A DNA stretch of 64,000 nt from Vitrella brassicaformis CCMP3155 (lineage: Eukaryota; Protista; Chromerida), in the NCBI GenBank assembly GCA_001179505.1, contig CDMY01000290.1, positions 68,389 to 132,388 of the forward strand, read 5' to 3'. The notes beneath the pieces were generated by a model. It was not told the DNA's origin. It made no database searches and was given only the letters and a program-made list of their open reading frames with translations. A program made the position numbers and the translations under genes. This document shows positions 36,034 to 48,690 of this stretch, piece by piece. How positions within the stretch are numbered: the stretch's first letter is position 1; every line of letters starts with the position of its first letter.

Positions 36034-39000
36034 ATGGCGAGTGAGCAGATCCATCCCCCTGGCGCCTCACCATCAGCAGCCGAGGAGGGCTCTCGGGCTC
36101 CAGCTATGCAGGCGGGCGAGGCGGCCGCACCATCAACAGAGGCGCATCAGGGCGGCCATTCATCTGTTCCTGCTCAACTGGCTCATTCGGGCCCTCAGTG
36201 TCGTGCATCAGCCAGTGGTGCAGCGGTGATCCAAACCGATCTCGGAGCAGGTGACATGGCAGCAGCACTGGCGGCCTTGTCGACTACTGGTCCATCTGCA
36301 TTGGCCGCCGTCGTCAGCCCCAACCCCATCCCTGCACACCCACAGCCACAGTGGCAGCAGGGTGATCAGACCCCTCCTGCCGGCCATGATCAGACCCCTC
36401 CTGCCGGCCATGACCTGCTGCTCAACCGCGGTGGCAAGCGGCAGAGGACCGGTCGGGGCCGCGGCCGGCGGTCGGCGGGAGAGGTAGAGGGTCAGGAAGA
36501 GTACACGCCCGAGAACGACTTGGCTGCGGCGCGGCATGAGGCGAGGGGTCATGCTGGTAGTCGTGGCGGTGCTGCGGAGGACCACCAGGCCCTCAATCCA
36601 GCCACCCACATGTCGCCCAAGGAGGAGAGCAAACACGTGAGTCAGAGAGAGGGAGAGAGAGACCACCTACATACACACACAACAACCCAATCCCGAGCAC
36701 CCCGTGTGTGTGTAGATCACCGAGTGTTTGAAGGAGTATCTGCCCAAGAAGCCCAGCGGCAGGCCGGCACCCCTGGGCCTGCAGATGGTGCACAACAAGG
36801 GCGTCCGCGCCCAGCTCAACCACCCAGGCGTCGGCAAGATCCGGGGACCCACTCGCAACTTCGAGCAGTTCCAGTCAGTCCGATCCGCCTTCAAGGCCGC
36901 CTGCGAAGACCGCGAACAGGTAAGCATAAACATACACACGCACACATCCCCCCATTTCCCACGCCAATGTGATTTTCTGGTGGCTGTGTGTGTGCATCCA
37001 TCAGCTTGTGCGTGACATCTGGGGTCCGAAGGGCAAGGCCCACCAGTTCCAGTTGCTGCCCGGCTGGGAGACTGTCGTCGATGACTCACACCAACCCGCC
37101 ACCATCGAAAGCGACCGGGCCAAGCCGGTGCCTCAGCATGGGCCACCGCAGATCACGACAGGCGCCGCCGCCCCACAGACTCACCACCCAGACCCACCAG
37201 CACCGGGACCACCACACGGCAGCACACTGTCACGCGAGGGGACTCCGCCACCTGCCGGCAACAGGCAGCAGACGTCGAGCCGCCAACCGGAGCTTCTTCT
37301 GGGAGCGCTGCGCAAGAAGCGGAACAAGCACCAGCCCGAGTACGAGGGTTTTGAGTTCAGTGTGGCCGACGAGGGCGACGGAAAACGGTTTATGGTGACG
37401 GCCTGGCGGGGGGAGGGGGGAGGGACCGACCGGCCGCCGGTGTGCGTGCGGGCTGACGTCACTCGTGACCACATAGGGAGGGGGTGGGACATGAGCATGC
37501 TGAGCGACCTGCTGATGGCCGTCCACAACGGCACGGCAGACAGTGACGATCGCTTTGAGAGTGTGTCTGATGTCATCGATGGCCTCGAGCGGACCGTCAC
37601 ACAGTGGAAACAACCTGCTGCAGGTAAGAGACTGGAGAGGGGAAACAAGGGAGGCTGGGGGACTTTGATGCACATCATTGTGTGCGTGCTGCTGTCTTTT
37701 CGTATGTGCAGGGTTGATTGGCGTCCCTCCCCCTGTCAATGATTCACCGCCCGCCGGTGCCCCCGGTCCCTCGTCCATGACCCTCGCTGCTCCTGCTGCT
37801 GGTGGCGGTGGGTCAGCCGACCCACCTCACGATGAGCGACCCGACGACAAAGGTAGGTACCTGCAGGTGACAACCATATCAGCCGAATCGTCGATCGACA
37901 CACATTCATTCATCGTGTCCGCCCTGCGTTGCCTTCTCAGGTCTCATATCAGCCAGGAAGCCCGCCAACCAACGTGGTGGCCGCAGGCCCCGCTCCTCTG
38001 CGAGGGCGGGGGAGGAAGTGCAGCAGGGAGGCCACGGGCGTGACGAGTCCGTCGACCGCAGCCCGTCGCTGAGGCATCGCCACACACACCCTCTCGGCAG
38101 CTGCGCCCCAGCCCACGAGGAAGCACCGATGCCCGACGCCAGCGAGGGCAGCTACCAGTCAGACGTCCGTGGCGTCTTCTGGGCGAAAAAGGACAAAGCG
38201 TGGAGGGCGACTTGGTGCGAGAGGGGGGACGCCAAGAACAAGCATTTCTACGTCAAGGAGCACGGCTTCGACAAAGCAAAGGTACTAAAGACAAGAAGCA
38301 CGGCGACAAAGCTAAGGGGCAAGAGACAAGAAAGAGCACAGCCCGCACACGTGATGGTGATGCTCCTGGCTTCCTTCAGGCTTTGGCCGAGCAGCATCGT
38401 CGTGAGATGGAGCGCAGCGGCCGGGCAGCAGTCAAACAGACATGCAAGCATCAGAGCGGCGTGCGGGGCGTCAACTTCGACGAGAGAAACAAGCGCTGGG
38501 TGGCCATTTGGCAGGTGGGGGGCAGGAGGAAGAGCAAGTGCTTCCCCGTCAAGCAGCTTGGCTACGAGGAGGCCAAACACGCCGCCATCAACTACCTCCG
38601 GGCCATCTTGGAGAGGCAGTCCAACACGCCCGAGCGAGCGGCGGTGCTGGATGGCGACCCGGCTGACGCGAGAAGTGCCGACGATGGCGACGATTCTCTG
38701 CCCGTCAAACAGCGACGGGCGCCTCAGCTGCGTCAGGGTGGTCTGAGGGGCGCTGCTCCTGTGGATCCCATTGCTCGCCCTGACACCAAGCGCCAGGACC
38801 GAAGAGACGGCCGACCCAACCGCAAGCCCTCGCCTGACATCGAGAGCCACGGTGGGCTGCGGGAGGGCCCCCCTGGTCATCTGCAGGAACATCGCACGGC
38901 CACTCATGTGACGCCACTCCAGCGGCAGCGGCATCATAAGTCAAAAGCCGACACCCCGGGAGATGAGAGCCTTTCCCGCAGTCCCCCCAATGATGATGGT

Positions 39001-42000
39001 GCGATTCACTCGCCGTGCCGCCACGGGCCCCCCAGCTGCGGGCCAGGTGTGGGTGTGATGGAGGGCGGCGACCTGGCCGCTGCCCTCGTCGAGGTCCTCA
39101 GCAGCGACGGGTAGGGAAAGACAAGGGAAGACAAGAAAGGGCCAGATTTGTCACGTGTGTGCATGTGTGTGTGGGATGGTTTCTTTCGCGCAGGTCATGC
39201 GAGCTGTGTTGGCAGGACGGCAGCTTCCGTGTCCGTCTGCCGTCCTCCGAGGGGGAAGATGGCGAGGACCGCATTCTCGATGTCCCGGTGGTCGACCTCA
39301 GCTCCCGTTCGGCCGTCATCGCTGCTTTTCGCCGCGCTGTCGAGGAGCTCAACCGTCTGAGCACTGTCAGTACGGGAGAGGCCGCTGCACCCCTGGACAT
39401 CAGCTGGCTCGATGACATCAGCCCCCACGGCCCCATTCGTCCTCGGACGCGCCACCGCAGCAGCAGAGCCAGGCCCAAGCCCATGCCGCCCCCGTCTCTA
39501 TCTGAGTGCCCCAGTGGCCATCCACTCGACAACAATGACCTCATGCCGCCCCACATTCAGCCTCGCCGCTGCCACAGAGGCAGGTCGTCATCTCGTGTCA
39601 GTGAGAGGCTGAGAACGGACTCGTCCAGCTCCGAGAACGAGCTGCTCATCAACCGGCCAGCAGCCAAGCGCCATCGTGAGGACTCGGGCGGCGAGAGGGA
39701 GCGCTGTGTGTCGGCGAAGCTGAGTGAGGCGGGCGGCAATTCTCTGGCGGCCAGCCTGGTGGAGCAGGCAAAGCCTCAGCTGGCGGACCTAAACCGAGAC
39801 GATGCCGACGGGCAGCAATGGAATGCATCGAGACCAGAGGGGTCGATTCGTGATCAGTCATCCGACCACAGCCCCCCTCGAAAGCACCGCCGCGCTCTCG
39901 CCAGCAGAAGCCCATCCACTATCGGAGCGGCGGAACACCGGAGCGGCGTCAAGAGCGTCAGATACGACAAGAGATACAACTCATGGGTGGCCCGCTGGAA
40001 GGAGGGGGGCAGGAGGAAGAGCAAGTCCTTCTCCGTCAAGTAGCTTGGGTTCGAGGAGGCCAAAAAGGCCGCCATCGCACACAGACGGAAGATGGAGCGA
40101 TTGCACACGTCAGAGGGAGGGGCCAAGAGGCATGGCGACCCGGCTGACTCGAGAGGTGCCGACGATGGCGACGATCCTCTGCCCGTCAGACAGCGACGGG
40201 CGCCTCAGCTGCGTGACGGTGGTGTGGGGGGGCGTGTGCCTCTGCACCCTACGGCTCGCCGTGACACCAACCGACCGCGGCCCCGCAGAGACGGCCGATT
40301 TGACCGCAATCCCACGCCGGCCCCCAGTTGGCTGCGGGAGGGCCCCCCTGGTGGGCTGCAGGAGCATTGCACGGCCACTCGTGTGTCGCCGGTGCAGAGG
40401 GGGCATCTGATTCTCCACTTCTACCAGCAGCTGGAGGCACTCGGCCGAGCCCATCCCGATACGCCTCTGTGTCTACGGTTCAGGAGTGGGTGTGCCCTGA
40501 CCCAGCTGGCCGTCGAGGTGGTCCTGCCCGGCACCCCAGTGCAGTCGGTGCCCCTCTCAGCGGCCACCAGGGAGGCCATGGGGGCGGCCATCGATGCCGC
40601 TTGGGCATGCCGCCAGCAGGAGATGGACATTGACGGCACTGAGGACCAGCAGCCCATGACACACGCCCAGCGGATTGTCCTCTGTCGCCTGTACAGTCAA
40701 GTGGGTCACAACATTGGGGCGATGCTGGCGGCCGTCCCTTCTCTGAGCTTTGCGTCCGTCGACTCATTTGTGCGCCGTGAGCTGCCGGCCATGGTTGGGC
40801 GGCGTGACGGCGAGGACATCAAGGAGGCCGCCAGTCGATTCATCAGACAGCTTCAGAAGACCAATCAGCAGAACACCAGGCTGGGCTACGAGGCTGCTAT
40901 GGCTGCCGCCACCCCTCACAAACGGGCCGTGATGGAGCAGAAACCATGTGAGCATCAGAGCGGCGTGCGGGGCGTGTATTTCGACAAGGCACACAACGCA
41001 TGGATTGCCAACTGGTCGGAGGGCGGCACGAAGAAGACCAAGGACTTCTCCGTCAAAGAGCTCGGCTACGAGCCTGCCAAACAGGCCGCGATCGCGCACC
41101 GCCGTGCGATGGAGGAGAGGCACTCGACCCTCTTCGGCAGCGACAGGCAAGAGGGCGGCCAGTGTGATAAGTCTGTCAATCGCAGTCCGTCTCTGAAACA
41201 CCGCTGCAGAGACCCATCCGCCAGCAGCAGCGCATCCGCCGTCGAGAGGCGACAGAGACCCAAGGGCAGCAAGACAGCCGAGGCCACCAAGGGCAAGACG
41301 GCCGCCATCCGCAGACGTGCCGAGCATCAGTCAAAGGTCGTGGGCGTCTCCTGGGATGGGAAATTCCGGGCGTGGACGGCGTCATGGTATCCGAAGGACG
41401 GCACCAGGCAGAAGAAAAAGCACTTCAAAGTCGGAGAGCACGGCTTCGACAAAGCAAAGGTATGCAAGACCTACATGGCCTGAAGCAAAGGTGCTTATGG
41501 ACCAGTCGTTTTCCTTCTCTCTCTCTCTCTCTCTCTCTCTCTTCGCCTCAGGCGTTGGCTGAGCAGCATCGTCTCGAGATGGAGCGCACCGGCCAGGCAG
41601 TGGACAGGGGGCGAGTCAAGCGCCAGAAGGGCCACCGGCTGGCATCAGCCATATTCGAGCGGCTCAAGGCGGCAGATGACGAGCAGCTGCCGAGTGGCAA
41701 TGAGCCGCTCGATATCGACGTGACGCCGCAGCGCATGAGTCGAGACGCGGCCGATGTGGTCCCGCAGACGCAGTCCCCCTCGCCAGCCAATGGCCCGCAC
41801 ACACCTGATGTGACGCCCGATGCACGAGATCCGGCCGCTGCCCGTCGCATGGTGGATGGGGCGACGCACGGAGGACGGGATGCTGGGCATGGCGACGGCA
41901 ATGGCGAGAGGGAGAGCGGGATGATTCCGTTCGATGAGCTGACGAAGGTTCAGCTGGTGGAGCTGCTCAAGGCCCACCCATCACCCGACATGCGACAGGT

Positions 42001-42539
42001 TGCCGAGAACATCATGGTCAGCACACCACACTCATTTGTGAAGGCAGACGTCATAAATGTATGTGGCCAACTGTGTGTGTGTGCGTGTGTGTGTTTCAGT
42101 TGGTTGAGAAGTACGCGCCTCAGCAGCTGTTCACTGGTGGCGGCCACACTTTATCTGAGCCCTCGCACGCCCCGCCGCCCCCCGCCCCCAACACCGCCAA
42201 AGACCACGACTACAGCCCCCCCATCAACACTGACAAGCCCACCACCAAGGTCAGTGTGTGCCCAGTCACACAGGCGACAGCCAACGGTGCCCTTTGTGAT
42301 GGCATTGATTGCAGGTGACGCTGCGGCTGCACACGGGGGAGCAGGTGAAGCTGACCTTCAACAGCGCCATGGCCGTCAAGGAGCTGTACGCGGCGGCCTC
42401 CAAGGCGAGCAACATCGGTGTGGCCAGCTTCCGGCTCTTCTCGTCGGCGGCTTTCCCTCCCAAGCCGCTGGACGACCAGGCGCAGTCGCTTGAGGAGGCG
42501 GGGGTGATGGAGTGCCTCGTCACGCAGAAGCTCACATGA
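36034..42539 (+). CDS. Multi-AP2 (ApiAP2-type) gene, copy 2: 5 AP2 domains and a C-terminal SHP box plus UBX domain; in-frame TAG at 40041
   Basis: AP2 domains near 38150, 38445, 39935, 40950 and 41325. The last exons read LVEKYAPQQLFTGGGHTLSEP (SHP box) and VTLRLHTGEQVKLTFNSAMAVKELY...FRLFSSAAFPPKPLDDQAQSLEEAGVMECLVTQKLT* (UBX). The TAG interrupts KSFSVK*LGFEEAK. Confidence 0.82.
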
Positions 42540-42920
42540 ATGAATGACAGACAGACGGGGAGATGATTCATTCGTGCAGGCGAGGGAGGTGAGGCTGCTG
42601 TTTTGTGTGTCTGAGGTTTGAGAGGGGATGCATGGAGTAAGGTGTGTGTGTCGGTTGACTGACGATGGGGCCTCATAACATAACATACGCACTGACTGAG
42701 GTGTGTCGATGGAGCTGGGTGCGGTGCGGTGCGGTGCGGTGCGTTGCGTTGCGTTGCCTTTATGTATGTGCTTACTCGTGGTGTCGGCTGGCCTGGCCGG
42801 GATCTTGGATCGGTCTGTCGGTGTGGTGCCTTACCTGAATGCCTTTTTGAAGTAAAGACCATTGATAGATACCAGGTTGGTGATGCTTTGGATTGCATGC
42901 ATTCGTCAGTGCCTCACATT

Positions 42921-43153
42921 CGTTTTTCTGGCCATATGCGAGACATACCCGCACTTTTTTCATCTTTTTAGCTATCGCACACGGTCGTTCGGATGCAAGC
43001 ATCACTCGTTCCTAGAGAGGTCTTGTCTGCATCGTCGAGTCGATGTGTCGTGTTTTGAGTGGTGGGACGGCCATCGCATGCTGATGATGTTGATGTGAGT
43101 CAGTAAGTCAATGGTACAGTAGAGACTGCCCTTGGTGTGTGTGTGTCTTTTGG
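42921..43153. repeat. Conserved non-coding element downstream of AP2 copy 2
   Basis: Second copy of the 33738-33937 element, with a roughly 40-bp extra segment after CTAGAGAGG. Confidence 0.9.
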
Positions 43154-44335
43154 CGTCCTTGTGTGGCTGTTCGTTTATCGGTGTACGTACCATCGAGCAG
43201 CTGGCCATGGGCGCCAACGACCTAGGTCCCTGTGTGTGATGACTTCCCTTTGTTTTTTCTCCTCTTTTTTGGCCGTGTGGCGGTGCATACGATACGGCTT
43301 TACTCACGGCTGAGTTGACCGGTTCGGCACGGGGTGGGGTATCTATGTTTCTGTTCGTTTTGTCTTGACAGACACATGTCGGGATTGAAGCAGTGAGTGG
43401 CACATGGCATGGACATACAAACTGATAGACAGACAGACAGACAGGAGACAAGAAGATGTGATGCGGTGGATTCGCGCACACGCTGCCGGAACGCCGTGTG
43501 ATGGAGCGAGTGATAATATGGATACTAACGGCCATGTGGTGGGTGTGCGGCCGCGTGGCTGTGTGCATGAGACGGTTGACTCATGGCATGGACGCCCATG
43601 GCTGGTGGGGATGCTGTCTGCAATGAAATGCCCGCTTCAATCAAACAAACAAGTCTCACCAACACGTAACACGCAACACGCAACACGCAACACGCAACAC
43701 GCAACACGCAAGAGGGCAGAAGCAGGCCGGCCGATAGGCACATATGTACAGTATGTCTATTCGCCCGGCATTCGTGTCTCCGCCAGCCAATGCAAATGGA
43801 CCGATGAGATCAGTCGCACACACATACGGCACGGCCTCAGCACCAGCACCAACACCAAGACAGAGATGAGTGCAGGGCAGGTATGGCGGCAGGGAGTGAA
43901 GGGGCGCAGAGAAGACAGTCAGGCAGACCGCACCGCACCGCACACCCACGCCGACGACCACAACTCCCTCCCCGAAAAGTCACTAGAGAAAACACAACAC
44001 ACCCCATGCAATTCTGGCTGGACTGGACGGAGGTGCCCAAGTTGGGCCGCAACCGTCAAATCCAGTGAATAATGAGACCCACTACACTGGCCAGCCACGG
44101 CAATCACTCGACAGACAGAACCGCCGATATATGCCGTCACGGTTGGCTGCAGTGCACAAGGCGAGTCAAGTCGTCTTCAAACACACACATACACCACTCA
44201 CACCCACAACCGACACACAGCGTCATGAAAGGGACAGAATCGACCCACACAGATCGAGACCTCACGCACACATCGCATCGCATTCGGACCTAGGAAAATA
44301 ACTAAAGATGACTGCGCTCTCGACAGCCCGATGAG

Positions 44336-44926
44336 TTAGTAGTCAGAATTGTATTGAGAGGCAGCACTGGACACCATGGCGACTTGGATGATAACAATGA
44401 TGAGCACCAGGATGAGCGTGACGCTGGCCGAGATGAGGCAGCGCCAGGCCCACTTGCGCCTCTCCGACCCCTCCGGGGCGTCCATGTTGAAGCAGAAGGC
44501 AATGCACCCGACGATGGGGAAGAATATCGACAGAATGCACGACACCTGACATCAACATACCACACACACGGGGAGGGCAACGTATGGGCGACTGACTGAC
44601 TGACTGGCTGTTTCTCCCTGCCTGCCTGCTCGTCCAGATAAGTCACCCACCTGTGCGCAGCCGAGCATACACGCCTCATCGTCGTATCGGCGATCCACCA
44701 CCACTGCCTGCGGGACGTGAATGACGTGTGCACCACCCCCATACTGTGCCGGAATAGCCTGTGGCTGGACGTACTGCGGCTGCTGAACGTACTGCGGCTG
44801 ATCACCGCCCTCCGGCTTCCCAGCTGTGTTTGTCGCTTCCAGCGGCTGGCCGACAACAACCGGCTGCACTTCGTATGCCGGTGCAGTGGCGGGGACTACG
44901 TTCATGGTGTGGTCGCTTTGGGTCAT
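44336..44926 (-). CDS. Small membrane protein, Pro/Gln/Tyr-rich N-terminus and two hydrophobic segments (CD225/dispanin-like layout), two exons
   Basis: MTQSDHTMNVVPATAPAYEVQPVVVGQP...DDEACMLGCAQ, an intron at 44546-44650, then VSCILSIFFPIVGCIAFCFNMDAPEGSERRKWAWRCLISASVTLILVLIIVIIQV. The start is either 44926 or 44905. Confidence 0.75.
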
Positions 44927-45166
44927 GACGTGGCGGACGAAGATCTGGTTGATTTGGCGGAGGTTTCGCTGAAGGAAGTACCGTGAGGAAGGAGGTATCA
45001 GCACCGACCGAAGAAGGGAGGGGAGGGGAGATGAGAGAGGGAGGGAGGGACAAGACGGGGAGGGAGGGAGAGGGGAAATGGAGGGGAAGGGTTTGATGGT
45101 CTGGGTTTCTGGTTTCAAACCCTTTCGGATTTCAAACCCTGCAGCTCCAGCGTCCTGGTGCGGATA

Positions 45167-48100
45167 ATGGAGAAGCTCACAGCCGACCTCACGGCCTCCT
45201 TTCCCAAGCTGTCGCCGCAGACCATCTCTGCGGCGCTGTTTGCCTACTGTGACTCATCCAAGGCGAATCGGCAGACAGATCTCGCCAAGGGGCTCACGCA
45301 GCTGCTGAGAGCACATGACGGCGACAAAGTGATGGTTGGCTGCAGCCTGCTGGCGGCGCTGGGAGGCGGGCTGGTGGATGTCGAGGCTCTCATGGGGAAG
45401 GCGCTGACGCCCGAGTGCATCGAAGGGTGGCTGCAGACGCTCTCGGCAACACTCAAGAAGGTCTGTGTGTGACGATTGTGTGATTTCGATGAATGCCTGT
45501 GCGTGTCACTTATGTGTCTGTCTGCAGGAGGGAGACTGGGTGTCCACATTGGCCGCCATCGAGGCGTCTGTGGGCGTGTTTCATCTGTGCGAGCGACTGC
45601 CCGTCGACACGCGCCATCGCCTCGTCCGTGAGGGGGCGGCATCAAGCACCCGAAACCTCATGGCCGTCCTTGACGCCATTGACCGCCACGCAGCTGTGCC
45701 GACGATCCTGGTGAGGCGAGGCGACCAACCGACGACAGACGAACGCTGGTAACATGTTCGTGTGTGTGTCTAGGAGCGTGGCTGCCGTGGTTTGTCATCA
45801 GTGCTCTTCCGGTCTTCCTTCCCTCTCTACCAGCTCATGGGTAAGGCTGTCCACCTGATCTCCACGTTGAGACCTGCCTCTCTTCTCGTCTCGTTGTTCT
45901 GGAGGCCGGCTGCGTGCCTTCTTCCTCAAGGTCTCACAGCACGACGACGACACCCTCGCAGAGGTGAATGAGGACGAAAGCACCATAGAGTGGCTGCGGT
46001 TACAATGCCAATTCTCATGACGTGGTGTTCTGTGTGTGTCGTTCACCGATTGGTTCGTTCAGTTGTCGCGCTGCTCACTATGTCGGCTGAGCTGGATCGC
46101 CAGCAGCAAGAGGGCGCCCAAGACCGACGGACCACAAGCAGCAGCAGCTGCGGCTGCATCCTCTGACGAAGGCAAGATGGGTCCGGCGTTCAGTGAGCAC
46201 CTCCTTGCTCAAACCACCAATGACCTTAATGCAGGCAAGACACACACACACAGGCAGGCGGTGGACGCACCGTACCATCAAAGCAATATAACCTGATGAG
46301 TCTGTTCATCGTGTGTGCAGTGCTGGGTCTCCTCAAGGATGGCAGTGTGTCGGGCAACACGACAGCGGCCGCCCTGTGGCACCGCGCCACCCGCCTCTTC
46401 CAGCTGCTCACAGCCCTCATTCTCCACTCGGCAGGCGGCAGGATGCGCCAGGGGCTGGGCACTGTTGAGCTGAGCCCCGCCACACACAGCATCGTTGTCA
46501 TACCCGTGCGCGAGCTGCTGCAAGTTGTTCGTGTGGCCGTGGGTGTCAGCAGGGGAGGCGGGATGGGGGGCGGTGAGGGGGATGGTGCAGCGTCGGTGGT
46601 CGACCAGAGGTGTGTTGTGCTGATGGGGGCAGCATTGGAGGTCCCGGTGGCCATACTAAATGTGTAAGGGAAGACAGGAGGGTGCAGACGAGAGACTCTC
46701 TTCTGCACCTGTTGTGGCTGTATGTTGTTTTGAATTCAGGCTCGGCAGCGGGGCTGTTTCGGTCTACAGCCAGCACTTCATCACCATACTGGACGAGCTG
46801 TGCAGGTAGGCACACCATCATACACACAAGCCAAGCCAAGCCAAGCCACAGTACCCGTTTCTTGCATCTTGATGTGCCGCCCTCCCTTGTCAGTTTCGAG
46901 AGCGACTCCATGGCGGCCCTCCACGCCTTCGCCTTCTCATCCCCCATCCACAGCTACCTATTAACCCTCGCATCAGCCATCCCCGCCGCCCTCATAGCCT
47001 CCAACACATGGAAGACACCCTTCGAGTGGGCAGTCGCCGCCATCAGCCACATGCTCACCCCGTCGACCTTCCCCTCCCTCTGCCGGATGGCTGCACACTC
47101 GGCACACGTCTCAGAGGCCGAGTATACCGCCGACACTAGCGAGCTCTCATCCATTGCGGGTGGGAGGGCGACGAAGCGACGCCGCGGGAGGTCCAGAGGC
47201 GGCGGTCTGTCGGACTATGGGTCATGGGGAGAGTCGGCGGGGGACCAGGATGCCGTGGGGCTGATCAGAGCGCACAAGACGCAAGAGATGGCCGTTCCGG
47301 AGATGCGGATCGCTTTTGCAAAGGTCTTTGTAGATCTCTGCGGCTCACTGACGGCTCTTCTGACCGGCGTGGGGAGCTTCCTAGGAGCCACCGAGAAGGC
47401 GCAAGCTGAAGAGCTCGCCATCGGTGTGCTATTCCACGGCCAGCAGCCCGAGACGCTCAAGAAGAGCCCCGCCACGGCCGTCCTCTGCGGCCGGCCGTCA
47501 GCCGTGCTGGCGGTGCTGCGGCTGATGGAGGCATCTCTCCTCGGCCCCTCTCCCCTCCCCAGTGCGACCCTCCACGCATCCATCGGCCTACTGAATGTCA
47601 CGGAGGCGACGGCAACTGACGGCGGGAGAGTGGCTGCTGCGGCTCGTGCGCTGAAACGGAAGCTGCTGGCAAGAGTTGGCGGTGGGTCCATTGGCCGTGA
47701 GAGCGATGAGGGCATCTTCCTCCAGGCCTACGGCGAGTCCCTGAGGGAGGCGCTGCACGAGTATGTCGACACTGGTGAGGCGCCTGCCGATCAGGAAGGC
47801 ATGAATGGCTATGGAGAGGCGTCGGCCATGGAGGAGCCCCCGGCTGCAGCTGCCGCGGCAGCCGCGGCAGCTGCCGCAGCCTCAGCGTTCGACCAGCCGA
47901 TGGGGGCGGCCGCTGCCTTGGCAGATAGGACCCAGCAGATGGAGCCACCACCGCCCGAGCCCTTCGCTGTCCTTGACGGACCGGTCCAGCAGGAAGGAGC
48001 TGACCTGGAGATGACGGCGGCCGAGCAGGGAGAGTCTACTTCTGATGGGAGAGGGGCAGGCGAGGCGCCAGCGGTACCGCAAGAAGCGAGCCCTCCTGCC

Positions 48101-48345
48101 GCAGCTGCTGCCGCCGCCAGTGCGAGTGCCGCCGCTCAAGGGAAGCAAGTCAATGCGCTGTTTTCTGTCGGTAAGGAGATGCGGAAGCGGGCGGCTGGTT
48201 GTCAGTGTCTGAGTGTCAGGGTGTTGTGTTGTGTGTATTGATTGATTGCAATGGTTCAGATATGAGCGACATGGCGGCCGCCGAGGCCTTTGTGCGCGAC
48301 AATCTCAACATGGATAGCCCGTCGGGCGGGGAGGAAGAGGACTGA
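45167..48345 (+). CDS. Large alpha-helical (ARM/HEAT-like) protein with acidic Ala/Pro-rich tail; weak resemblance to PELP1/Rix1
   Basis: Leu/Ala-rich helical exons from MEKLTADLTASFP to ...NMDSPSGGEEED*. VIPVRELLQVVRVAVGV recalls the PELP1 N-terminal region, from memory and not by alignment. Confidence 0.65.
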
Positions 48346-48690
48346 CTGACTGACTGTCGGATGGATGGATGGATGGATGGATGGTGCATTCATGAATTCA
48401 TGGTCAGTGAGGTCATGGTGTTGACACACCTTCCTGTCCCATCAAGCAGCTTGGCCGCAAGTGCAAGTAGGTCAACACAAGACATACACGTACACTGGTA
48501 CCAAACCACAGACGCACAGAGACGAAAAAGAAGCATCGCATGGCACGACAAACGAGCTCGCTCGTATCCCTTATCCTCCCATTGATTTGACACACGGCGG
48601 AAGCACAGCACCAGAAACCGACACCCGAGAAAAAAGTCGTGCAGCACGACCCACCCCCTCCCCTCACTCGCTTGGAGTGAAAAATCACCT

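Noticed and set aside
36367-36413. 24-bp tandem duplication in AP2 copy 2, and other short repeats (7861-7925, 43668-43710)
   Set aside because: Ordinary slippage repeats in disordered coding or intergenic sequence.
40041-40043. In-frame TAG as evidence of a reassigned genetic code
   Set aside because: It is a single case. TAG, TAA and TGA all terminate other genes here, and conserved genes have no internal stops.
45167-48345. Assigning the gene symbol PELP1/RIX1
   Set aside because: Only one short motif and the overall layout are suggestive, which is not enough without an alignment.
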